DNA of 42,850 nucleotides from an uncultured Prevotella sp. (GCA_900551985.1 URYG01000001.1:1-42850); one strand, 5' to 3'; shown: positions 18,656 to 28,603, counted from the first letter of the stretch. Notes: generated from the letters alone by a model not told the origin. A program made the numbers and translations.

Positions 18656-18669
18656 CACCCCGAAATAAA

Positions 18670-20118
18670 ATGAGTATGAGAAATTTGACCAATGCCGAAC
18701 TGGCGCAAATACTAGATAAGGATATTTTTCACGAGATTTCAGAGGCGGCGGATGCGCTGTCTGTGGAATGCTATGTAGTAGGTGGATATGTGCGCGACCT
18801 CTTCCTGGAGCGCCCTTCCAATGACATCGATGTCGTGGTGGTGGGTAGTGGAATTGAGGTGGCTTCTGCCCTCAAGAAGAAGCTGGGCAAGAAGGCACAT
18901 CTCTCGGTGTTCCGAAATTTCGGAACCGCACAGGTTAAGTATAAGGATACAGAAGTGGAGTTCGTGGGAGCACGAAAGGAAAGTTACAACCGTGATTCGC
19001 GCAAGCCGATTGTAGAGGATGGAACCCTGGAAGATGACCAGAACCGTCGCGACTTCACCATCAATGCGATGGCGGTGTGCCTGAACAAGGACCGTTTCGG
19101 AGAACTTGTTGATCCTTTCGACGGTGTCTATGACCTGGAAGATGGCATCATCGCCACTCCGCTCGATCCGGATATCACCTTCTCTGATGATCCGCTCCGT
19201 ATGATGAGATGTGTACGTTTTGCTACCCAGCTCAATTTCCAGATAGAAGACGAAACTTACGCCGCCCTCTCGCGCAATGCCGAACGACTGAAGATTATCA
19301 GTGGCGAGCGTATCTGCGACGAGATGAACAAGATTATGCTCTCCAAGCATCCTAGCAGCGGCTTCTATTATCTGAAGGATACCGGACTGCTCGATCTCAT
19401 CCTGCCGGAACTGGTGGCGATGGATAAGGTGGAGACCCGCAACGGAAGAGCCCACAAGAATAATTACGACCATACGATGGAGGTGCTCGAGAATGTATGC
19501 AAGAATTCTGATAACCTCTGGCTCCGCTGGGCTGCCCTCTTCCACGATATCGGCAAACCGAAGAGCAAGCGATGGGACAACAATATCGGATGGACTTTCC
19601 ACAGTCATAATATCATAGGTGCCAAGATGATTCCAGGCATCTTCCGCCGCATGAAGCTTCCGATGGATGCCAAGATGAAGTATGTACAGAAGCTGGTGGA
19701 GCTCCACATGCGTCCGATCGTGATTGCGGATGAAGAGGTGACTGATAGCGCCGTACGCCGACTGCTGAATGATGCCGGTGATGACATCAACGACCTGATG
19801 ACGCTTTGCGAGGCTGATATCACCAGTAAGAACCAGGTGCGCAAGCAGCGATTCCTGGATAACTTCAAGATGGTGCGCGAGAAGCTGGTAGATCTTCAGG
19901 ATCGTGACTACAAGCGACTGCTCCAGCCATGCATCGACGGCAACGAAATCATGGAGATGTTCCAGCTCAAGCCATGCCGCGAAGTAGGCGTCCTGAAGCA
20001 GTATCTCAAGGATGCCGTGCTGGACAACAAGGTGGCTAACGAGCGTGAGCCGCTGATGGAACTCCTGATGAAGAAAGCCCAGGATATGGGGCTGAGTATG
20101 GGTCCGGATAAGGCTTGA
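18670..20118 (+). CDS. cca: CCA tRNA nucleotidyltransferase (class II, with HD domain)
   Basis: VGGYVRD, DIDV, RRDFTINAM and DDPLRMMR motifs; HD domain (FHDIGKP). Confidence 0.9.
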   Translation: MSMRNLTNAELAQILDKDIFHEISEAADALSVECYVVGGYVRDLFLERPSNDIDVVVVGSGIEVASALKKKLGKKAHLSVFRNFGTAQVKYKDTEVEFVGARKESYNRDSRKPIVEDGTLEDDQNRRDFTINAMAVCLNKDRFGELVDPFDGVYDLEDGIIATPLDPDITFSDDPLRMMRCVRFATQLNFQIEDETYAALSRNAERLKIISGERICDEMNKIMLSKHPSSGFYYLKDTGLLDLILPELVAMDKVETRNGRAHKNNYDHTMEVLENVCKNSDNLWLRWAALFHDIGKPKSKRWDNNIGWTFHSHNIIGAKMIPGIFRRMKLPMDAKMKYVQKLVELHMRPIVIADEEVTDSAVRRLLNDAGDDINDLMTLCEADITSKNQVRKQRFLDNFKMVREKLVDLQDRDYKRLLQPCIDGNEIMEMFQLKPCREVGVLKQYLKDAVLDNKVANEREPLMELLMKKAQDMGLSMGPDKA

Positions 20119-20204
20119 CTATGGGTCCGGATAAGGCTTGAATATGCCCCAGGATATGGGTACGAATATGACAGAAAACTTAAAGAGAGAATAATTTTTG
20201 TTAA

Positions 20205-20251
20205 ATAACGGCTCCTCGCGAGCCGTTATTCGTTTATTATTCGTAATTTTG
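20205..20251 (+). promoter_or_regulatory. cca terminator hairpin overlapping the promoter region of the RND operon
   Basis: AATAACGGCTC/GAGCCGTTATT stem, then TAATTTTG -7 element at 20244-20251. Confidence 0.65.
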
Positions 20252-20350
20252 CACCGCTTTTAAAACTAAAAGCATTGTTTCAGTTTCCGCCAGAGGGCGG
20301 TATATATAATAAGGTATGACAAAAAATAACAAATTATAATATAAATAGGT

Positions 20351-21562
20351 ATGAAAATTAAAAACGTTTTGTTTGTTGCAGCAGTTTGTGTTCTTGCTGC
20401 TTTGACATCATGTGGTGGAAGTAAGAAGGGCGGTTTGCCAGACTTCGGCGATGATGAGTTTGCCGTGGCTACTATCGGCACTTCCAGCGCCGCATTGCAG
20501 ACTACCTATCCTGCTACCATCAAGGGTATTCAGGATGTTGAGGTACGTCCTAAGGTTTCTGGCTTCATTACAAAGGTTTTTGTACATGAGGGTCAGACAG
20601 TTTCAGCAGGTCAGGCTTTGTTCTCTATCGATAGCGAGACTTATCAGGCTGCTGTCCGTTCAGCTGCTGCCGCTGTCAATACTGCCAAGGCTCAGGCTAA
20701 CACAGCAAAGTTGACTTACCTGAACAACAAGAAGTTGTATGATAGCAAGATTATTGGTGAGTACGAGCTTTCTACTGCAGCTAACAGCTTGGCAACAGCT
20801 CAGGCTCAGGTAGCTCAGGCAGAGGCTTCTCTGGCTTCAGCCCGCGAGCAGTTGGCTTGGTGTACCGTTACCAGCCCTTCAGCAGGTGTTGTAGGTAGCC
20901 TTCCTTTCAAGGTGGGTGCTTTGGTTAGCGCTTCTGGCCAGGCTTTGACTACCGTTTCCAACATCAGCACCATGGAGGTGTTCTTCTCACTCTCTGAGTC
21001 TCAGATCTTGAACATGTCTAAGACCAATGGTAGCGTTCAGGCTGCTATCGCTTCTTTCCCAGCAGTAAAGTTGCAGTTGGCAGACGGTTCTATCTATAAT
21101 CATCCAGGTAAGGTTGTCAAGATGAGTGGTGTCATCGATGCAACTACCGGTTCTATTTCTCTCATCGCTCACTTCCCTAATCCAGAGAAGTTGCTGAAGA
21201 GTGGTGGTGCAGGTTCTATCGTAATTCCTAACGATCATAACAGCGCTATCGTCATCCCTCAGGAGGCTTGCTCTCAGGTGCAGGATAAGATCTTCGTTTA
21301 CGTAGTAACCAAGGATAACAAGGTGAAGTATTCTGAGATCAAGGTAAATCCACAGGATGATGGCAAGAACTATATCGTAACTTCTGGTCTCAATGTAGGC
21401 GACCGCATCGTTTTGAAGGGTATTACCAAGTTGACCGATGGTCAGCAGATCAAGCCTATCACTCTGGAGCGTTACAATCAGAAGATTGCTGAGGCTGCTA
21501 AGTTGAGTGAGTCTCAAGACAATGCTCACGCATTCGCTACTGCTATGGGCGGAAAGAAGTAA
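20351..21562 (+). CDS. RND efflux periplasmic adaptor (MFP) lipoprotein
   Basis: Lipobox LTSC, VEVRPKVSGFI lipoyl motif and coiled-coil hairpin; AcrA-like. Confidence 0.95.
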   Translation: MKIKNVLFVAAVCVLAALTSCGGSKKGGLPDFGDDEFAVATIGTSSAALQTTYPATIKGIQDVEVRPKVSGFITKVFVHEGQTVSAGQALFSIDSETYQAAVRSAAAAVNTAKAQANTAKLTYLNNKKLYDSKIIGEYELSTAANSLATAQAQVAQAEASLASAREQLAWCTVTSPSAGVVGSLPFKVGALVSASGQALTTVSNISTMEVFFSLSESQILNMSKTNGSVQAAIASFPAVKLQLADGSIYNHPGKVVKMSGVIDATTGSISLIAHFPNPEKLLKSGGAGSIVIPNDHNSAIVIPQEACSQVQDKIFVYVVTKDNKVKYSEIKVNPQDDGKNYIVTSGLNVGDRIVLKGITKLTDGQQIKPITLERYNQKIAEAAKLSESQDNAHAFATAMGGKK

Positions 21563-21595
21563 TATATAATAAGGTATAAGGAAAATAAGTAAATT

Positions 21596-24500
21596 ATGTC
21601 ATTTACAAACTTTATAAAGCGCCCGGTACTTTCGACGGTGGTTTCCATCTTCTTCGTCTTGCTGGGTATCATCGGCTTGGTATCGCTGCCTATCGAGCAG
21701 TATCCGAATATCGCGCCGCCTACCATCCAGGTATCTACCACCTATCAGGGTGCTGATGCCCAGACGGTGTTGAACTCAGTCATCGCTCCTCTGGAGGAGA
21801 GTATCAACGGTGTGGAGAACATGACTTACATGACCTCTTCAGCGTCTAACTCTGGTTATGCCAGCATCACCGTTTACTTCAAGCAGGGTTCTGACCCTGA
21901 TATGGCTGCGGTCAACGTACAGAACCGTGTATCTCAGGCGCAGTCTCTGTTGCCTGCCGAGGTTACCAAGGTGGGTGTCACCGTAACCAAGCGTCAGAGT
22001 TCCAACGTAATCATGTTCGCCCTGACCACAGACGATGGCCGCTACGACGACCAGTTTGTTACCAACTACGCCCTGATCAACGTGATTCCTCAGTTGAAGC
22101 GTATCAGTGGTGTGGGTGATGTAAACAGCCCTTCTACCCGTAGTTACTCTATGCGTATCTGGTTGAAGCCAGAGAAGATGAAGGAGTTCGGACTGGTTCC
22201 TTCTGATATTTCCCAGGCTTTGGCAGAGCAGAACATCGAGGCTGCCCCTGGTAGCTTTGGTGAAAGCTCAGATATGCAGTATGAATATACCTTGCGTTAC
22301 AAGGGTCGTTTGAAGACTCCAATGGAGTATGAGAACATCCTCATCAAGAGCAATACTTCCGGTCAGACGCTCCGTCTGGGCGAAGTTGCCAAGATAGAGT
22401 TGGGTGGTTTGCAGTATAACGTAAACCTGCTCAATGATGGTCAGCCTGCCGTGATGGGTATGGTTCAGCAGATTGCCGGTTCCAACGCTACCCAGATTGC
22501 CAGCGACGTGAAGAAGGCTTTGAATGAACTGGAGAAGAGTTATCCTCCAGGGTTGAAGAATGTCATCCTGATGGATGTTACCGAGTTCTTGTTCGCATCT
22601 ATCGAGGAGGTTATCTTCACCTTGATTATCACCCTGGTACTGGTGTTCATCGTAGTGTACATCTTCCTGCAGGACTTCCGTTCTACGCTGATTCCTATGA
22701 TTGCCGTACCTGTGGCTCTGGTCGGTACGTTCCTCTTCCTCTGGATCTTCGGATTCTCCATCAACCTGCTTACGCTGTCCGCCCTTCTGCTGGCGATTGC
22801 GATTGTGGTCGATGATGCCATCGTGGTGGTCGAGGCGGTTCACGCCAAGCTCGACCAGGGTTATAAGAGTGCTCTTACTGCATCTATCGATGCGATGAAC
22901 GAAATCTCCAGCGCCATCATCTCTATTACATTGGTGATGTCTGCCGTGTTCGTTCCTGTGTCATTCATCGGCGGTACTTCCGGTTACTTCTACCGTGAGT
23001 TCGGTGTAACCATGGCTGTATCTATCGTTATTTCGGCCATCAATGCGTTGACTCTGTCACCTGCACTTTGTGCAGTGTTGCTGAAGCCACACGAGGAGGG
23101 TCATGAGAAGAAGATGTCTTTCGTAGACCGTTTCCACGCTGGATTCAACTATCAGTTTGATAAGATTACCAATAAGTATAAGGGTGGTGTCAAGTGGGTT
23201 ATCAACCACGGCATCATCGCTGGTAGCCTCGTGGCTGTCAGTATCGTAGGCTTGGTTGCCCTGATGGGTACTACCAAGACGGGTCTGGTTCCTGATGAGG
23301 ATACCGGTACATTGTTCGCTTGTATCTCTACTGCTCCTGGTACCTCCCAGGAACGCACAGCCGAGGTGGTAAAGCAGGTGGATAAGATGCTGGCTAACAA
23401 CCCAGCCATCGCAACCCGTAATGCAATCATGGGTTATAGCTTCATCGGTGGTGCCGGTTCTAACCAGGGTACCATCATCGTGAAGCTGAAGCCATTCGAG
23501 GAGCGTCCGGGTGGATTCTTCCACCGTATCAAGGCGGCTTGTACAGGTGGCGGCATCGAGGCTCTGTTTGTCAACCCTATGGAATATACTTCTGTATTGG
23601 GTATGATCTACAAGCAGACCGCTACCATCAAGGATGCACAGGTTCTTGCCTTTGCTCCACCTATGATTTCCGGTTTCTCTATGCAGAATGGTATTACCAT
23701 GACTATGCAGGATAAGACCGGTGGTGACTTGAACAAGTTCTATGACAATGTGAAGAAGTTCCTGGCTGAGTTGAACAAGCGTCCTGAGATCCAGACCGCT
23801 CAGACTCAGTATAACCCTAACTATCCTCAGTATATGGTGGATGTGGATGTTGCCAAGACCAAGCAGGCTGGTATCTCTCCATCTTCTGTACTCTCTGTAA
23901 TGCAGGGTTACCTTGGTGGTCTCTACGCATCTAACTTCAATGCCTACGGTAAGCTCTACCGTGTGATGATTCAGGCTGGTCCTGAGAGTCGTATGCGTCC
24001 AGACGATCTGAGCAAGATCTATGTACGTTGTGCTGACGGCACCATGTCTCCGGTAAGCGAGTTCGTGAACTTGAAGAAGGTTTATGGTCCTGCTAACATC
24101 ACACGATTCAACCTGTTTACCTCTATGGATGTCTCTGTAACTCCTAACAGCGGTTACTCTACCGGTGACGGTATGAAGGCGATTGCTGAGGTTGCCAAGG
24201 AGACATTGCCAGAGGGTTACGGCTATGAGTACTCTGGTCTGACCCGTTCTGAGGCTGAGTCAAGCAACTCTACAGGTTTGATCTTCGCACTCTGTATCGT
24301 ATTCGTTTACCTGATCTTGAGTGCCCAGTACGAGAGTTACATCTTGCCATTGTCTGTGGTATTGTCTATCCCATTCGGTTTGGCTGGTGCGTTCATCTTC
24401 ACCAATATCTTCGGTCACTCTAACGATATCTATATGCAGATTTCGTTGATTATGTTGATCGGTCTGTTGGCTAAGAACGCCATCCTGATTGTACAGTTCG

Positions 24501-24862
24501 CCCTCGAGCGTCGTCGTACGGGTATGGCTATCAAGTACTCAGCTATCCTGGGTGCCGGTGCCCGTCTCCGTCCTATCCTGATGACCTCTCTGGCGATGGT
24601 TATCGGTCTGTTGCCTCTGATGTTCGCATCAGGTGTAGGTAAGAATGGTAACCAGACTCTGGGTGCTGCCGCCGTAGGTGGTATGTTGATTGGTACTCTC
24701 TGTCAGATCTTCGTGGTTCCTGCTCTCTTCGCAGTCTTCCAGTGGTTGCAGGAGAAGTTGACTCCATTGAAGTTCGAGGATGAGTTGAACGAGGAGGTAG
24801 CTGCCGAGTTGGAGCAGTATGCCAATGCCGCTCACGACAAGAAGGGTATCGAGAAGAAGTAA
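21596..24862 (+). CDS. RND efflux permease (AcrB/HAE1 family)
   Basis: FIKRPV, LPIEQYPNIAPP, VVDDAIVVVE, AKNAILIV and RLRPILMTSLA motifs. Confidence 0.97.
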   Translation: MSFTNFIKRPVLSTVVSIFFVLLGIIGLVSLPIEQYPNIAPPTIQVSTTYQGADAQTVLNSVIAPLEESINGVENMTYMTSSASNSGYASITVYFKQGSDPDMAAVNVQNRVSQAQSLLPAEVTKVGVTVTKRQSSNVIMFALTTDDGRYDDQFVTNYALINVIPQLKRISGVGDVNSPSTRSYSMRIWLKPEKMKEFGLVPSDISQALAEQNIEAAPGSFGESSDMQYEYTLRYKGRLKTPMEYENILIKSNTSGQTLRLGEVAKIELGGLQYNVNLLNDGQPAVMGMVQQIAGSNATQIASDVKKALNELEKSYPPGLKNVILMDVTEFLFASIEEVIFTLIITLVLVFIVVYIFLQDFRSTLIPMIAVPVALVGTFLFLWIFGFSINLLTLSALLLAIAIVVDDAIVVVEAVHAKLDQGYKSALTASIDAMNEISSAIISITLVMSAVFVPVSFIGGTSGYFYREFGVTMAVSIVISAINALTLSPALCAVLLKPHEEGHEKKMSFVDRFHAGFNYQFDKITNKYKGGVKWVINHGIIAGSLVAVSIVGLVALMGTTKTGLVPDEDTGTLFACISTAPGTSQERTAEVVKQVDKMLANNPAIATRNAIMGYSFIGGAGSNQGTIIVKLKPFEERPGGFFHRIKAACTGGGIEALFVNPMEYTSVLGMIYKQTATIKDAQVLAFAPPMISGFSMQNGITMTMQDKTGGDLNKFYDNVKKFLAELNKRPEIQTAQTQYNPNYPQYMVDVDVAKTKQAGISPSSVLSVMQGYLGGLYASNFNAYGKLYRVMIQAGPESRMRPDDLSKIYVRCADGTMSPVSEFVNLKKVYGPANITRFNLFTSMDVSVTPNSGYSTGDGMKAIAEVAKETLPEGYGYEYSGLTRSEAESSNSTGLIFALCIVFVYLILSAQYESYILPLSVVLSIPFGLAGAFIFTNIFGHSNDIYMQISLIMLIGLLAKNAILIVQFALERRRTGMAIKYSAILGAGARLRPILMTSLAMVIGLLPLMFASGVGKNGNQTLGAAAVGGMLIGTLCQIFVVPALFAVFQWLQEKLTPLKFEDELNEEVAAELEQYANAAHDKKGIEKK

Positions 24863-24889
24863 TAACGCAATGTAACTTCAAAGGAAACA

Positions 24890-26284
24890 ATGAAAAAGAA
24901 TTTAAATATCATCATATTGGGTCTCGCAGCGCTCTCTCTGAGCAGCTGCAAGACTCTCTACGGAAAATATGAGCGTCCTGACGTGAAGACCAGCGGTATC
25001 GTTCGCGATGTAGCTTCTGATACAGATACTTTGGCTGTAAAGGATACTACTACCTTCGCCAACATCCCTTGGCGCAGCGTCTTCACCGACCCTCAGCTCC
25101 AGTCGATCATTGAGAAGGGATTGAACAACAATGTCAACCTGCTCAATGCGGCTTTGAACGTGAAGATGGCAGAGGAGCAGCTGAAGTGTGCCAAGTTGGC
25201 ATTCGTGCCTTCTTTGTCTTTCTCTCCTCAGGGAACTATCGCTTCCTGGGATGGTAACGCTGCTACCAAGACTTACAGCTTGCCTGTTACAGCCAGCTGG
25301 ATGGTTGACCTCTTCGGCAACCTGCTCTCTCAGAAGCGCAGTGCCCAGATGGCTCTGCTCCAGTTGCAGGACTATCAGGTATCTGTAAAGACCAACCTCA
25401 TCGCCAACATCGCCAACATGTATTATACCTTGTTGATGCTCGACAAGCAGGTGGAGCTGGTTAACAATATGGAAGGATTGACCAAGGATACCTGGGAAAC
25501 CATGAAGGTGTTGAAGGATACCAAGATTGGTTATCGCGGAACTTCTGTTCAGGCTGCCGAGAGCAACTACTATGCTGTGTTGACTCAGAAGACCGACCTC
25601 TTGCGCCAGATTCGCGAGACAGAGAACTCTTTGAGTCTCCTCATCGGCGACCAGGCACACTCTATCGCCCGTGGCAAGTTGGAGAATCAGAGCCTTCCTT
25701 CTAATTTCTCTACCGGCGTAGGCATCCAGTTGCTCAACAACCGTGCCGATGTTCACGCAGCCGAGATGAATCTGGCTCAGTGCTTCTACGGCGTAGAGAC
25801 TGCCCGCAGCAAGTTCTATCCATCTATCACCATCTCTGGTACAGGTGCATTCACCAACTCTGGTGGTATGGGCATCGTGAACCCAGGTAAGTGGTTGCTT
25901 TCTGCTGTTGGTTCATTGGTTCAGCCAATCTTCCAGAATGGTAGAATCATCGCCGGATTGAAGGTGGCTAAGATGCAGTATGAACAGGCTTACAATACTT
26001 GGCAGAATACCGTACTGAAGGCTGGTAGCGAGGTGAGCAATGCCCTCGTGCTCTACAACTATTCTGACGAGAAGGGTAAGGTGGAGGCTAAGCGCATCGC
26101 CGTACTCGAGCAGAACGTAGAGGATACACGTAAGTTGATGTCAGAGGCTGGCGGTTCTTACCTTGAGGTAATCCAGGCACAGTCTTCACTGCTCAACGTA
26201 CAGCTCTCTAAGGTAGCTGATGACTTCTACAAGATGCAGGCAGTAGTGAATCTCTACTATGCATTGGGTGGAGGAGCTAAGTAA
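24890..26284 (+). CDS. Outer membrane efflux lipoprotein (OprM/TolC family)
   Basis: Lipobox LSSC, W..F.DPQL, R.DV..AE and LYYALGGG C-terminus. Confidence 0.95.
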   Translation: MKKNLNIIILGLAALSLSSCKTLYGKYERPDVKTSGIVRDVASDTDTLAVKDTTTFANIPWRSVFTDPQLQSIIEKGLNNNVNLLNAALNVKMAEEQLKCAKLAFVPSLSFSPQGTIASWDGNAATKTYSLPVTASWMVDLFGNLLSQKRSAQMALLQLQDYQVSVKTNLIANIANMYYTLLMLDKQVELVNNMEGLTKDTWETMKVLKDTKIGYRGTSVQAAESNYYAVLTQKTDLLRQIRETENSLSLLIGDQAHSIARGKLENQSLPSNFSTGVGIQLLNNRADVHAAEMNLAQCFYGVETARSKFYPSITISGTGAFTNSGGMGIVNPGKWLLSAVGSLVQPIFQNGRIIAGLKVAKMQYEQAYNTWQNTVLKAGSEVSNALVLYNYSDEKGKVEAKRIAVLEQNVEDTRKLMSEAGGSYLEVIQAQSSLLNVQLSKVADDFYKMQAVVNLYYALGGGAK

Positions 26285-26317
26285 TGTTTAGTGTTAAATA
26301 TTAAATGTTAAGTTATT

Positions 26318-27100
26318 ATGGCTAGTATAATAAGTCCAAAGGCAGAGGTTTCTCCAAAGGCTAAGATTGGAGACAACTGCAAGATATATCCATTCGTCTA
26401 TATCGAGGACGATGTGGTCATCGGCGACAACTGTACCATCTATCCCTTCGTGAGCATCATGAACGGTACTCGTATGGGTAATAATAATAAGGTGTTCCAG
26501 GCAGCCGTTATCGCTGCCCTCCCACAGGATTTCCATTTTACCGGTGAGGAGAGTGAGGTAGTGATTGGCGACAATAATACCATCCGTGAGAACGTGGTTA
26601 TCAACCGTGGTACTCATGCTGGCGGCAAGACCATTCTGGGCAACAACAACTTCCTGATGGAAGGTGCTCATATCTCTCACGATACAGTTATCGGCAACAA
26701 TTGCGTATTCGGTTATGGTACCAAGATTGCGGGCGACTGCGTGATTGGTAACGGTGTGATCTACTCTACATCTGTAGTAGAGAATGCCAAGACCCGAGTA
26801 GGCGACCTGGCGATGATTCAGGCAGGTACCACCTTCTCAAAGGATGTTCCTCCTTATATCATTGCCGGTGGAAAGCCTGTGAAGTATGCAGGTCCTAACA
26901 CCATCATCATGGAAGCTGCCGAGGTTACCGAGAAGGTTCGCAAGCACATTGCGAATGCCTACCGACTGGTATTCCATGGTCAGACATCCCTCTTCGATGC
27001 CATCAACCAGATCAAGGATCAGGTGCCAGATGGCCCGGAGATTCAGAACATCATCCAGTTCCTGGAGAGTTCAGAGAAGGGTGTCATCACTAAGATGTAG
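26318..27100 (+). CDS. LpxA-like hexapeptide-repeat acyltransferase (divergent paralog)
   Basis: Left-handed beta-helix repeats with PQD, IGDNNTIRE, INRGT, HISHD and KDVPPY motifs, plus a C-terminal helical domain. Confidence 0.85.
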   Translation: MASIISPKAEVSPKAKIGDNCKIYPFVYIEDDVVIGDNCTIYPFVSIMNGTRMGNNNKVFQAAVIAALPQDFHFTGEESEVVIGDNNTIRENVVINRGTHAGGKTILGNNNFLMEGAHISHDTVIGNNCVFGYGTKIAGDCVIGNGVIYSTSVVENAKTRVGDLAMIQAGTTFSKDVPPYIIAGGKPVKYAGPNTIIMEAAEVTEKVRKHIANAYRLVFHGQTSLFDAINQIKDQVPDGPEIQNIIQFLESSEKGVITKM

Positions 27101-27190
27101 TTTTGATTGGAAGGGTTTAATTCCTTCGTTTACTATTATGTTTAGTTAAAATTCAAGTCATACCTATTTGAATTTTACTCAGTATCTTGG

Positions 27191-27219
27191 AAGGGCTGGC
27201 CGTGAGGTCGGCCCTTTTT
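27191..27219 (+). terminator. Terminator of the RND-lpxA-like operon
   Basis: AAGGGCTGGCC-GTGA-GGTCGGCCCTTTTT. Confidence 0.85.
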
Positions 27220-27335
27220 ATGTTTGATATATGGGAGATACAGTTCTTCCGTATAGTAGATAGGGTGTTTCCTTATTGGAAGTAGTTACTGCCCTTATAA
27301 GAAATAGGTCTTGCCCTTAAAGGAAAAAGATTCTA

Positions 27336-27450
27336 GCCTTAATGGAAATCTCCGTTCATAGACGTTGAATGTACGTTCAAAGACGTTGAACGTACATTCA
27401 ACGTCTTTGAACGGCGGTTCAGAACTTATGAACGGAGATTTCTATTAGGC
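27336..27450. repeat. Nested palindromic element with 21-nt internal periodicity
   Basis: Terminal inverted repeats TAATGGAAATCTCCGTTCATA / TATGAACGGAGATTTCTATTA around four (G/A)TTCA-N7-TGAA(C/T) units. Confidence 0.85.
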
Positions 27451-27639
27451 TTATCAACAAATTCTATTAAATGTAGTAACAAATTCATCTTATGATATCC
27501 AAAATCTCTATTAAGGGTAGTCGTAAAATCAATCTGTTCCATCATCAATCACAAACAATAATATAATCAAGTTCCTTATGCTGCGAATTTCTCTTCCCTT
27601 AATAATTAATTGAATAAATGCAAATAAATGCAATTTTAT

Positions 27640-27670
27640 TTTGTTATCTCTTCGTTTATGTGTATCTTTG
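27640..27670 (+). promoter_or_regulatory. Consensus sigma-A promoter of the ftsX operon
   Basis: TTTG (27640-27643), 19-nt spacer, TATCTTTG (27663-27670). Confidence 0.8.
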
Positions 27671-27723
27671 CAAACAATTTGGGTAATTACGCCCTTCCGG
27701 TCTGAAAATAAATAGATTTAGAA

Positions 27724-28602
27724 ATGAGAAAGAAACAATATAAGCCTCGTAATCATCGTGGATTGCAGGTTGTTACTTTATGCATCAGCACCGCTATGGT
27801 GCTTGTTTTGTTGGGATTGGTCATCTTTTCCGTATTGATGGGAAGAAACCTCTCTTCCTATGTCAAGGAGAACCTGGTGGTACAGGTGATGCTCGAGCAG
27901 GATGTTACCAATCCTGAGGGCTTGCAGATGTGTAAGCGCCTGAAGGCTCGTCCTTACGTGAAAGGTCTGACCTATATCACCAAGGAGCAGGCTTTGAAGG
28001 AGGCTACCCGTGATCTGGGTACCAATCCTAGCGAATTTGCCGGTGTGAATCCTTTCCAGCCATCTATCGAAATCACGACACAGGCGGATTATGCCAACAA
28101 TGATTCCCTGAAGTGGATTGCCAAGGAGCTGAAAGGCTACTCGCGAGTGACGGAAGTAAGTTATCAGCACGACCTGATTGAGCAGGTGAACAATTCGCTC
28201 ACCAAGATAAGTATCGGTCTCCTTATCGTAGCCGCCCTGCTTACCTTCATCTCGTTCTCGCTTATCAACAATACAGTGAGACTGGGCATCTATGCCCGCC
28301 GATTCTCCATCCATACCATGAAGCTGGTGGGTGCATCTTGGGGCTTCATCCGCAAGCCTTTCATCAAGAGGGCTGTATTGGTAGGTGTGATTGCGGCTTT
28401 GCTTGCCGATGGTTTCCTCGGTGGATGCCTCTATGCCTGGTCGCTTCACGAGCCGGAACTGGTCAATGTGCTCGGCTGGCAGGAGCTTGCCATCACGGGC
28501 GGTTCGGTCTTCCTCTTCGGTATCATCATCACGGCTCTCTGTGCCAGCATCTCGGTGAACAAGTTCCTCAAGATGAAGGCGGGAGACCTGTATAAAATAT
28601 AA
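27724..28602 (+). CDS. ftsX: Cell division permease FtsX
   Basis: Four-TM topology with YITKEQAL and LINNTVRL..YARR..I.TMKLVGA motifs. Confidence 0.93.
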   Translation: MRKKQYKPRNHRGLQVVTLCISTAMVLVLLGLVIFSVLMGRNLSSYVKENLVVQVMLEQDVTNPEGLQMCKRLKARPYVKGLTYITKEQALKEATRDLGTNPSEFAGVNPFQPSIEITTQADYANNDSLKWIAKELKGYSRVTEVSYQHDLIEQVNNSLTKISIGLLIVAALLTFISFSLINNTVRLGIYARRFSIHTMKLVGASWGFIRKPFIKRAVLVGVIAALLADGFLGGCLYAWSLHEPELVNVLGWQELAITGGSVFLFGIIITALCASISVNKFLKMKAGDLYKI

Positions 28603-28603
28603 A

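Noticed and set aside
27355..27438. Possible mini CRISPR array
   Set aside because: The units are contiguous 21-mers without unique 30-40 nt spacers, and no cas genes are nearby.
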